Of a stretch of 64,000 nucleotides of DNA, positions 40,201 through 48,928 are shown in pieces. Within the stretch, counting starts at the first letter, position 1. Each line of letters opens with the position of its first letter. The DNA is from Longimicrobiales bacterium. GTDB lineage: Bacteria > Gemmatimonadota > Gemmatimonadetes > Longimicrobiales > Gaopeijiaceae. Under the pieces are notes generated by a model. That model was not told the origin of the DNA, did not search any database, and was given only the letters and a program-made list of their open reading frames with translations. The DNA lies in contig CBDFIQ010000002.1 of assembly GCA_965248195.1 (NCBI GenBank), forward strand, positions 1,504,001 to 1,568,000, given 5' to 3'. A program made the position numbers and the translations under genes.

Positions 40201-40674
40201 ATGGGAGTTGAACGGATGAAGAGACCCCTCGGCTGGGCCGACCTGGCCGGTCTCGACGTGAACGGCGCGAGCGTGCTCATCGTCGACGACGAGCCCGCTA
40301 TCTGCCGGACGTTGGAGAAGCTGGTCAGCCGATATGGATTCAGCACGAAAACTGCCGCCTCGGCCGAGGCGGCCGACCAGTGGCTATCCACGATGCGGTT
40401 CGACGTGGTACTTCTCGATATCGAGCTGCCGAGAATGAACGGAGTAGAGTTCCTGACTTGGGCGCTTGCGCGAGACCCCGAGCTAGCGGTGATCATGCTG
40501 ACGGGGTTGGACAACTCCGACCTCGCCCTGGAGTGCCTTTCGAAGGGGGCGAGGACCTATTTTGTGAAGCCGTTCGACCCGGCCTTCATTCGGCATGCCC
40601 TGCGAGACGCCGTCGCCATTCGTCAGCTCCTTCTGGAGCGAAACCAGCGCGCGGGGTCCCCGGAGAGGGCGTAG
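40201..40674 (+). CDS. Stand-alone response regulator receiver
   Basis: LIVDDE, LLDIELP, MLTG, KPF. Confidence 0.9.
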   Translation: MGVERMKRPLGWADLAGLDVNGASVLIVDDEPAICRTLEKLVSRYGFSTKTAASAEAADQWLSTMRFDVVLLDIELPRMNGVEFLTWALARDPELAVIMLTGLDNSDLALECLSKGARTYFVKPFDPAFIRHALRDAVAIRQLLLERNQRAGSPERA

Positions 40675-40845
40675 TGACCTAACCTGACCTTACCGGCTAC
40701 CGCCGCCTCCACCCCGTGCTGACCTTTGCCGCGGGATAGCCGCGAGCCCGGGGGCCGCTTCACTTTCCCAGACTCTGGTGGGAATGGTGGGAGCTGTTCA
40801 TGGGAAAAGCGCTGTTCGAGCGACCACCCCAGCTCGCGAGGCCTG

Positions 40846-42258
40846 CTAGTTGTCGTAGTAGAGGTAGAACTCGTGCGGATGCGGGCGCAGACGGAGCTCT
40901 TCTATCTCGTTCTCCGTCTTGTAGGAGATCCACTCCTCGACGAGGTCGTCGGTGAAGACGTTGCCCTTGGTCAGGAACGCATGGTCCTCACGGAGCGCTT
41001 CAAGCGCTTCCTCGAGTGAGCCCGGTGTGTGTTGCCACTCGGCGAGCTCGGCGGCCGTCATGTCGTAGATGTCCCGGTCGAGCGGATCACCCGGATCCAG
41101 CTTGTTCTCGATGCCGTCGAGCGCCGCCATGAGCAGGGCCGAGAACATCAAGTAGCCGTTGGCCGTCGGATCGGGGCACCGGAACTCGAACCGCTTTGCC
41201 TTCGGGTTCGGCGAGTACATCGGGATCCGGACCGCGGCCGAGCGGTTGCGCTGCGAATACGCCAAGTTCACCGGCGCCTCGAAGCCGGGCACGAGGCGCC
41301 GGTACGAGTTGCTCGTTGGCGCCGCGAACGCGAGCACAGCACCCGCGTGCTTGAGCACCCCCGCGATTGCGTGCATAGCGAGCTCGCTCATGCCCGCATA
41401 GCCGTCTCCAGCGAAGAGAGGGTTTCCGTCTTTCCAGAGCGACAGATGCGTGTGCATCCCGCTCCCGTTGTCGTTGAACACCGGCTTCGGCATGAACGTC
41501 ACCGTCTTGCCCGCGTTCTTCGCCACATTGCGGATGATGTACTTGTACCACGCGAAGTGATCCGACATCTGTAGGAGCGGCGCAAACTCCATGTCGATCT
41601 CGGCCTGGCCCGCCGTGCCCACCTCGTGGTGGTGCGCCTCCACGACGATCCCGATGTCGTTCAGCGCGTATACCATCTCGCCTCGGAGATCGTGATAGGT
41701 GTCCGTCGGGCTCACCGGAAAGTAGCCACCCTTGTAGCCCGGCTTGTAACCCAGGTTCGGCTCCTCGAAGCGGGCCGTGTTCCACGCGCCCTCCACCGAG
41801 TCGATCTCGTAGAAGCCGTGATGCTCGTTCTGCTCGTAGCGCACCGTGTCGAATATGAAGAACTCCGGCTCCGGCCCGATATAACACGTGTCGGCGATCC
41901 CCGTCGACTTCAGGTGCGCCTCCGCTTTCCGCGCCACGTGCCTGGGGTCGCGCGTGTAGTCCTCCTTCGTGATGGGGTCCACAATGTTGGCGATCACGCT
42001 CACCGTGGGCCGCTGGAAGAACGGATCGAGCACCGCCGTCGACGCATCGGGCACGGCCAGCATGTCCGACTGGTGGATGTCCTGCCACCCCCGGATCGAC
42101 GACCCGTCGAAGCCAACCCCGTCCTCGAACGTCCCCTCGTCCCACGTCTCGATCGGGAACGAGCAGTGCTGCCACGAGCCCAGCAAGTCCGTGAACTTCA
42201 GATCCACCATCTTCGCGTCGTGCTTCTTGGCGAACTCAAAAAACTCTTTCGGTGTCAT
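40846..42258 (-). CDS. glnA: Type I glutamine synthetase (GSI-beta)
   Basis: [31 protein letters not shown], adenylylation-site Tyr in DIYD. Confidence 0.97.
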   Translation of the reverse strand: MTPKEFFEFAKKHDAKMVDLKFTDLLGSWQHCSFPIETWDEGTFEDGVGFDGSSIRGWQDIHQSDMLAVPDASTAVLDPFFQRPTVSVIANIVDPITKEDYTRDPRHVARKAEAHLKSTGIADTCYIGPEPEFFIFDTVRYEQNEHHGFYEIDSVEGAWNTARFEEPNLGYKPGYKGGYFPVSPTDTYHDLRGEMVYALNDIGIVVEAHHHEVGTAGQAEIDMEFAPLLQMSDHFAWYKYIIRNVAKNAGKTVTFMPKPVFNDNGSGMHTHLSLWKDGNPLFAGDGYAGMSELAMHAIAGVLKHAGAVLAFAAPTSNSYRRLVPGFEAPVNLAYSQRNRSAAVRIPMYSPNPKAKRFEFRCPDPTANGYLMFSALLMAALDGIENKLDPGDPLDRDIYDMTAAELAEWQHTPGSLEEALEALREDHAFLTKGNVFTDDLVEEWISYKTENEIEELRLRPHPHEFYLYYDN

Positions 42259-42478
42259 GTTCGTGTTGGCTGTAGGTGATCGCGCTTGCTTTTTCCCGGT
42301 GCGGAGGATCTGCTCGCATGGAGCAGGCCTCCTACCGCCGGCGGCAGAGTACTGTGGGACCGTACGAGGAGCAAGGGGGGGCGCCCCGAGACTGCGGGGA
42401 CCATACGCACTCCTTAGAGAGTAGGCCTTGGTGTTAGATTGCCGTCACTATGCCCACACCCTACAGATTGCCGAGTCC

Positions 42479-43006
42479 GTGAAAGAGAAGCTTACCGTTT
42501 TCGCCGCGGTTGCACCGTCGGTGCTCCTCCTCGATTTCATCACAAAGCGTTGGGCGTTGGCCGCCCTCGATGGAGGGAATCGGCTGGAGCTTTTGGGTGG
42601 GTTCGTGCCACTCACGCTCGCGTTCAACCGTGGCGCGGCGTTCGGCATCTCCGTCGGGGACGATTCGCGGTGGTTCTTCATACCGATCACGATCCTCGCG
42701 CTCGTGTTGCTGCTCGTGCTTCTGAGACAGGCGGAGCGGAAGGATTGGCTCCGTCTGGTTTCTATTACGATGGTCGTGTCCGGGGCGCTGGGGAATCTCT
42801 ACGACCGAGTTCGCTGGAACCGGGGAGTAGTGGACTTCATCGGTCCGATCGACCTGGGGGTCATGGACTGGCCGATCTTCAATGTGGCGGACATGTCGAT
42901 AACCTGCGGCGCGGTCCTCCTGGCGATTTCATTTTGGGGGGAGGAGCGGCGGGAACGTGCCGCAGAGGTGGTTCTGGAGGAGGGCGAGCCGACGGCTACC
43001 GGCTAA
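42479..43006 (+). CDS. lspA: Lipoprotein signal peptidase II
   Basis: NRGAAFG, GALGNLYDR, VVDFI, WPIFNVAD. Confidence 0.95.
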   Translation: MKEKLTVFAAVAPSVLLLDFITKRWALAALDGGNRLELLGGFVPLTLAFNRGAAFGISVGDDSRWFFIPITILALVLLLVLLRQAERKDWLRLVSITMVVSGALGNLYDRVRWNRGVVDFIGPIDLGVMDWPIFNVADMSITCGAVLLAISFWGEERRERAAEVVLEEGEPTATG

Positions 43007-43128
43007 TTCGCCCACGACTCCCCAATACTGCCGGTCAGGCGGTTGCCGGGCAGGGGGAGCGCTGACAATTTTCCCGGTGCATCGTAGGCGCCCAAGCCTG
43101 CTCGAGGTCAGACACCGCCGGAGTATTC

Positions 43129-44205
43129 ATGACGGATTTCCTGAACAGCCAGTTCCTGGACAATACAGCCCAGGATTGGCTCATCGCGGCGGTAGTGGTC
43201 GTGGTGATGATCGTGCTGGTCCGGGCCGTGATGGCAATCGGCCTCAGGCGGTTGAGAGCCATCGCGGCGAAAACGGAGACCGACGTCGACGATCTGGTCG
43301 CCGAGCTCCTGGAAAAGACCAAGTTCCTCTTCGTGGCGCTCGTGGCGCTCTACGCGGGGGCGCTCAGCCTCAACTTGCCTCCCGAGATCGACGACCTTCT
43401 GTCGACGATCTTGGTGCTCGGTTTTCTGATTCAGGGCGCGTTTTGGGCCAACGGGATGGTCAACTACATGCTCGGAAGTTGGGCGCGGCGGAAGTTCGAG
43501 GCCGACCCCACCATCTCTACGGCGCTCGGCTCGGTCGGCTTCCTCATTCGGTTCGCCGTCTGGGCCACATTCGTCATGCTGGCCCTCGACAACCTGGGTA
43601 TCGATATAGGGCCTTTGGTCGCCTCCCTGGGGATTGGCGGTGTGGCTTTGGCGCTGGCACTTCAGGGTGTGCTCGGGGACCTCTTCGCCTCCTTTACCAT
43701 CATCTTCGACAAGCCGTTTGCGGTCGGAGATTATATCCAGGTGGGGGACCTGGCGGGGACGGTACAGCACGTCGGCCTCAAGAGTACGCGAATCCGGGCT
43801 GCAACCGGAGAACAGCTGGTATTCTCCAATGCTGATCTTCTCGGCAGTCGGATTCGGAATTTCCAGAGCCGGCAGGAGCGCCGGTGCGCGTTTACGCTCG
43901 GCGTGACCTACGACACGTCTTCGGAGAAGCTGGAGCGAATCCCTGACTTGATCCGGGGGATCATCGAGTCACGGGAGAATACCCGTTTCGACCGGTCCTT
44001 TTTCATGGCCTTCGGTGACTCGGCGCTCAACTTCGAGACGGTGTATTACATACTGGTGCCGGACTTTCAGACCTACGGCGAGACCCACCACGCGATCAAC
44101 CTCGAGATTTTCAGAAGGTTTGCCGAGGAGGGGATCGAATTCGCGTACCCGACCCAGACGGTTCACCTCGAGGGGGTAAATCCGGGAGCCCCAGGAGCGA
44201 GCTGA
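43129..44205 (+). CDS. Mechanosensitive channel, MscS family
   Basis: GIGGVALALALQ, DKPFAVGD, GLKSTRIR, GIEFAYPT. Confidence 0.93.
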   Translation: MTDFLNSQFLDNTAQDWLIAAVVVVVMIVLVRAVMAIGLRRLRAIAAKTETDVDDLVAELLEKTKFLFVALVALYAGALSLNLPPEIDDLLSTILVLGFLIQGAFWANGMVNYMLGSWARRKFEADPTISTALGSVGFLIRFAVWATFVMLALDNLGIDIGPLVASLGIGGVALALALQGVLGDLFASFTIIFDKPFAVGDYIQVGDLAGTVQHVGLKSTRIRAATGEQLVFSNADLLGSRIRNFQSRQERRCAFTLGVTYDTSSEKLERIPDLIRGIIESRENTRFDRSFFMAFGDSALNFETVYYILVPDFQTYGETHHAINLEIFRRFAEEGIEFAYPTQTVHLEGVNPGAPGAS

Positions 44206-44215
44206 CCGTCTCAGT

Positions 44216-45460
44216 TCACTCCGGGCCGATCTCACCCGACGTCGGTTCGTCACGAACCAGAACCACGTACTCGACGCGTCTGCCCCGCATTTGGGTAATG
44301 CGGAGACGTGTCTTTTCGAGTTGCACGACGTCGCCGACCCGCCCGATCCGGTTCAACACCCCGAAGACGTAGCCGCCAAGGGTGTCATGCGGCTCCTCGG
44401 AGACCGAGAGGTCCAATCGGTCGTTCACCTCCCGCACGGCGACGCCTCCCCAGATTCGCACCGTCCCGTCGTCCAGATCCTCGAAGCTCAGGGGCTCATC
44501 CTCCTCGTGCTCGTCCTGGATCTCTCCGACGATCTCCTCGATGAGGTCCTCGAGGGTAACGAGCCCGGCCGTGCCTCCGAACTCGTCTATGACGATCACC
44601 ATCTTCGTCCTTTGGACGCGCATTTCAGGGATCAGATCTTCCACCAACTTGGTCGTCGGCAGGAATTGTACGGGCCGCACGATTTCGGTGATTCTCGTGA
44701 CGCCGTCCCGGTGCGCGCTCCATAGGTCGCGGGCGAGCAGCAAACCCTCGATCTTGTCGATCGACTCGGCGTAAACCGGGAGGCGTAGATGCCCTTCCTC
44801 CAGCATGATTTCGATCGCTTCTTCCACGGTCGCGTCCCGGGGGATCGCTACCATATCGGTCCGGGGTGTCATGACCTCCCCCACGGTGACCTCACCCAGG
44901 CGGATCACGTTCGTCACGACCTGCCACTCGTCTTCGTCGATGGTGCCTTCGCTGTACCCGATCTGGGCGAGCACTTCGAGTTCGGCTCGGCTGACGGTGG
45001 AGCCCCCTTCGCGGCGTATGAGCTGGCTGAAAATGTTGAGTGGGATCAGGATGGGCTTCATTACGATCACCATCCACCACAACACATGGGCGGATGGCTT
45101 GGCTAACCGTTGCCAATATGTGGCGCCGATCGTCTTGGGGATGATCTCCGAAAAAAGCAGGATGATGAGCGTGAGGACGCCTGTGAATACGCCGATCCAC
45201 GCTTGGCCGAACACTACGCCGGCCCTCGCTCCTCCGAGCGCCGCCCCCGCGGTATGGGCGATGGTGTTGAGCGTGAGGATCGCAGCGATCGGCTCGTCGA
45301 TCTTCTGCTTCATTGCGTGGAGATAATCGCCGGCCTTCGCTCCTTGGTCCCTCAACACCTCGACGTACGAGTGAGTGACGGACAGCAGGACGGCCTCCAG
45401 AATGGAGCAAAGGGAGGAGATGGAGAGAGAGATCCCGAGAATCCAGAGCAGCATCACCAT
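44216..45460 (-). CDS. Hemolysin-like / CNNM (DUF21-CBS-CorC) Mg2+ transporter family
   Basis: FSEIIPKT, VMTPR, DEFGGTAGLVTLEDLIEEIVGEI. Confidence 0.93.
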   Translation of the reverse strand: MVMLLWILGISLSISSLCSILEAVLLSVTHSYVEVLRDQGAKAGDYLHAMKQKIDEPIAAILTLNTIAHTAGAALGGARAGVVFGQAWIGVFTGVLTLIILLFSEIIPKTIGATYWQRLAKPSAHVLWWMVIVMKPILIPLNIFSQLIRREGGSTVSRAELEVLAQIGYSEGTIDEDEWQVVTNVIRLGEVTVGEVMTPRTDMVAIPRDATVEEAIEIMLEEGHLRLPVYAESIDKIEGLLLARDLWSAHRDGVTRITEIVRPVQFLPTTKLVEDLIPEMRVQRTKMVIVIDEFGGTAGLVTLEDLIEEIVGEIQDEHEEDEPLSFEDLDDGTVRIWGGVAVREVNDRLDLSVSEEPHDTLGGYVFGVLNRIGRVGDVVQLEKTRLRITQMRGRRVEYVVLVRDEPTSGEIGPE

Positions 45461-45700
45461 ATGCTGTGAGTATCGGAGTGTTGGCACCCTAAAAACAAGG
45501 GGTGGGCTCCGACGACGTCATGTGTTTGATTCGTGGGAATTCAAATCGCCTGAGGTGAGGGGTCTTCGAGGGAGCCCTCACACCGGATACGATGGCCGAG
45601 GACCGCCGCGGACGACATGAGTACCGATCATCCCACCGAAGAATGGACCCACCACACGGACCGGAGTGGCCGCAGAAGGGCTCGACGTTCACGATTTCCC

Positions 45701-48700
45701 TTACACCACCTCCCGGCTCACCCCCATCCCGAGAAACAGCAACTTCCCGCTGACGCTGCCCTCGGCCAGCCCATATTGCTCCCGCACGACGTCGCAGTAC
45801 GCCACGATCTGGGGGCGATAGTGTGCGGTGCGGGCGACGAGCGCCTCATCGTCTCCCGCTTCGATGGCATCCGTCTTGAAGTCTAGGATTTCTGCCTGCG
45901 CGACTCGCCCATCCCGCTGGACCAGGACCAGCCGGTCAATGACCCCCTCCTGGATCTCGTCTCCCACGCGGCGGACGAAGGGAAGCTCGTTATCGACGTG
46001 TATCGACGTGAACAGGTCGGATGGAAACCCGCCCCTGCTCAAGGCGCTCTGAACGGGCTCCGCCTCCATCCAGCCTCGGAACTCCGCGATGAGGCCGGTT
46101 ATTTGGTCGTAAGGCATGCCGGGAGCCGTCTCCCGAGCGATGGACCTGAGCGCGTCGTCGTCTCCGATTCCGTCCTCGATCCACTCGATTCCCTTGCACC
46201 AGGCATGCACTACCTCCCCGCGCTGCCGGGCGGGAGCCGTATCGAGGCGCAGGGCAGACGACAGATCCACGCGGTTGTCGCCCTCGAGGCTCGACGGGCT
46301 CCGGCGGGCCAGGTTGCGGCCGGGTCCAGCCGTGGACGATCGAAGGAGCGCTGCGCCCGGCTCGGCTCGCTCCGGGCGTGCATGCGCCTGTTCTTTCATA
46401 TGCGACCCCTCTTTGGCCCGCCCCTCCGCTCCGTTCGTGTCTGCCACCAGCCCCTGGAACCACCGAGGATCTCCCCTCTCCAGAAGCCCCCCGGCATCGC
46501 TGGCCTTCGCGTCTTCCAATCTCAGCGCTGCCCGAATCAACCCGGCACTGTGCCGCGCGCTACCGCCGTCCGGAGGCAGGACGAGATGCAGCGCATGTTT
46601 TGCCCGTGTAATGGCCACGTATAGGACGCTGAGCCCGTCTCGCAGTTCGGCAGCGCGCAGCTCCATGTCCGCGACCTCGACGTTGGGGAAGAACGCCCGA
46701 TACTCGCTCGACATGGCCGGGTACACCTCCGTCACGTGGCCGGTGTTGGGGTCACGCTGGGGGATGAGGACCTCTCCTCCCTCGGGCGCCAGGGAGGCGT
46801 ATAGCTCGGGGAGGACGACCGCATCGAACTCCAGCCCCTTGGACCGGTGGATGGTCATCACCTGCACCAGAGCCGAGGAAGGATCCTCCACCGCCTCGCC
46901 GGCTACGTACCGCGTGAAGTCGGTCGGTCGGAGGGTCGCACGATCATCCCATCGGTGGCCCAGCTCCACGAGTTGAAGGAGGCGCTGCACCTCCACCGCG
47001 TCGCACCGGGGCGCCAGTTCGTGAACCCACCTACCCAGGGTTGGGCCGTAGCCCTCCGCAAGGAGTTGGATCCGGATACGGGACGCGACCGCCCGGGCCG
47101 CACCAGCGTCCTCCCTGTCCCGGAGCCCAACGACCTCACCCAGCGGCGTGCGGGCCACGTGATAGAGCGCCGAGCGATCGCTCGGGTGATCGGCCAGGCG
47201 GAGAAGGGAGAGCATTGCATTGGCAGGCGGTGTATCGGTCAGGTACGCGCCGCCCTCGCCACTGGCGCGAACGCCGCGGGCACGAAGTTCGTCCATGAGG
47301 TAGCCAACGACCTTATTTCTGCAGGCCAGAACACCGATGCTTCGGCCCGGCATCTGCCCGTGCAGTCCCTGTACGATCTCCGCTGCCCGGCGGAGGAGGT
47401 TGGGCTGGATCGCGCTCCTTCCGACGTCGCCCGGAGCGAGATGGACGCACACGTGGCCCGGGAGATCGCGGGCGGCGGTCAGCTCCGTGAAGTCCTCCAT
47501 CCAGGCCGATGCAACCCCCGGGCCCACATCGATGCTCTCTACGACGGGGTTGGCCGGGAGATCCCGAAAGACGTCGGCCACGAGGTCGAGGATTACAGGG
47601 CTCGATCGCCACGACGTGTCCATCGTGTCCTCAACCAATCCGTGGGCCTCGCCGACCCGGCGTGCGAGCTCGGGGCGCGCACCCCGCCACCCGTAGATGG
47701 ACTGCTTGGGATCCGCCACGATGACCCCGGCGCGCTCCTCGAGATGCCCGGACAGCAGCTCGTGGGCGAGCGGCTCCAGGGCCCGCCACTGCTCCAAGGA
47801 GGTGTCCTGGAACTCGTCGAGCAGCAGGTGCCGTACCTGCTGGTCCAGGCGATAGCTCAGGTCCTCACGGCTGCCCGTGGGATCAGGCCCGCCCAACAGA
47901 TACGTAATATCATCAAACCTGTATGCCCCAGCGCGGCGCTGGGTACCGGCGAACGCGGTGTCCAGGAGGTCGGCCAAGCGGCCTAGCGCCTCAGTCTCGC
48001 GGCGAAGCCTCGGGGCGAGGTCTATGCGCGCCAGCCTTTGCGCCTCGAGAAAGACATCGTCGAACTCCGAAGGAACGGGTTTGCTGCTGAACGAGTCCTG
48101 GCCCACGAGGACCTTGGCACCGATGCCCGTCCTGAAAGCCGCGTCCCAGTCGAGAACCGAAATTGCGTCGGCAGCATTGTCCCGAGCACCGACCCACACC
48201 TTCATGGGACTTCCGCTCTGGGTGGAGGGGACCGCGAGCCCGCGTAGGTCGGCGGCGAGTGCCTGCGCCTTCTCCCGGAGTAACTCCGGGGGGAGTTGCT
48301 CGGTGACGCCGAATCCCGGGCTCCAGGGATGCACAGCGCTCGGGTCCAACTGCCGCCGGACACCGAGCAGAACGTCCACCTTTTGGAGGAGCGTGGCGTG
48401 GACCATCCGGTCGGCATCGCCTCGGTTGAGCATGCGTAGCAGCTCCACCATCTCCGCCTTGTCTGCCTCCACCAAGGCGGCCTGCACGGCTTCGGTACGT
48501 AGCCGATCTTGGGTCGGCTCGTCGGCGATGGTCCATCTCGGCGCCAGCCCCAGTTCCTGGAAGAAGCTCCGGGCCACCCGCACGAAGAACGCATCCAGGG
48601 TGCCCACGTTCATCTCATGCAGATCGGTTAGCAGTCGGCCCAGCAGCCGGCGGCACTCCTCCGGTTGCGTGAGACTCGGGTGGGCCTCCCGCCCGAGTTC

Positions 48701-48928
48701 ACGGGCCTTCCCAGGGTCAGATGCGCCCTCCGCGAGTCGCACGAGCACTCGCTCCAGGATCTCACCTGCCGCCTTGCGGGTGAAGGTGGAAGCGAGCATC
48801 GCACCGGGTGGTGCACCTGCCGCGAACAGGCCGAGGATACGGCTGGAGAGGCGGTAGGTCTTTCCTGATCCCGCCGAGGCGAGCACCAGCTCCCGAGGGA
48901 AGGGCGATGAACCGGGGGTCCCGCTCAT
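45701..48928 (-). CDS. addA: AddA-like UvrD helicase-nuclease
   Basis: ASAGSGKT, TFTRKAA, DEFQD, DPKQSIYGWRG, TIHRSKGLE, YVAITRA, C-terminal IDRL..DFKT. Confidence 0.85.
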   Translation of the reverse strand: MSGTPGSSPFPRELVLASAGSGKTYRLSSRILGLFAAGAPPGAMLASTFTRKAAGEILERVLVRLAEGASDPGKARELGREAHPSLTQPEECRRLLGRLLTDLHEMNVGTLDAFFVRVARSFFQELGLAPRWTIADEPTQDRLRTEAVQAALVEADKAEMVELLRMLNRGDADRMVHATLLQKVDVLLGVRRQLDPSAVHPWSPGFGVTEQLPPELLREKAQALAADLRGLAVPSTQSGSPMKVWVGARDNAADAISVLDWDAAFRTGIGAKVLVGQDSFSSKPVPSEFDDVFLEAQRLARIDLAPRLRRETEALGRLADLLDTAFAGTQRRAGAYRFDDITYLLGGPDPTGSREDLSYRLDQQVRHLLLDEFQDTSLEQWRALEPLAHELLSGHLEERAGVIVADPKQSIYGWRGARPELARRVGEAHGLVEDTMDTSWRSSPVILDLVADVFRDLPANPVVESIDVGPGVASAWMEDFTELTAARDLPGHVCVHLAPGDVGRSAIQPNLLRRAAEIVQGLHGQMPGRSIGVLACRNKVVGYLMDELRARGVRASGEGGAYLTDTPPANAMLSLLRLADHPSDRSALYHVARTPLGEVVGLRDREDAGAARAVASRIRIQLLAEGYGPTLGRWVHELAPRCDAVEVQRLLQLVELGHRWDDRATLRPTDFTRYVAGEAVEDPSSALVQVMTIHRSKGLEFDAVVLPELYASLAPEGGEVLIPQRDPNTGHVTEVYPAMSSEYRAFFPNVEVADMELRAAELRDGLSVLYVAITRAKHALHLVLPPDGGSARHSAGLIRAALRLEDAKASDAGGLLERGDPRWFQGLVADTNGAEGRAKEGSHMKEQAHARPERAEPGAALLRSSTAGPGRNLARRSPSSLEGDNRVDLSSALRLDTAPARQRGEVVHAWCKGIEWIEDGIGDDDALRSIARETAPGMPYDQITGLIAEFRGWMEAEPVQSALSRGGFPSDLFTSIHVDNELPFVRRVGDEIQEGVIDRLVLVQRDGRVAQAEILDFKTDAIEAGDDEALVARTAHYRPQIVAYCDVVREQYGLAEGSVSGKLLFLGMGVSREVV

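Noticed and set aside
45461..45700. Riboswitch upstream of the CNNM/CorC gene
   Set aside because: One hairpin (GTGAGGG..CCCTCAC) but no conserved M-box or yybP-ykoY nucleotides recognised; an Rfam scan would settle it
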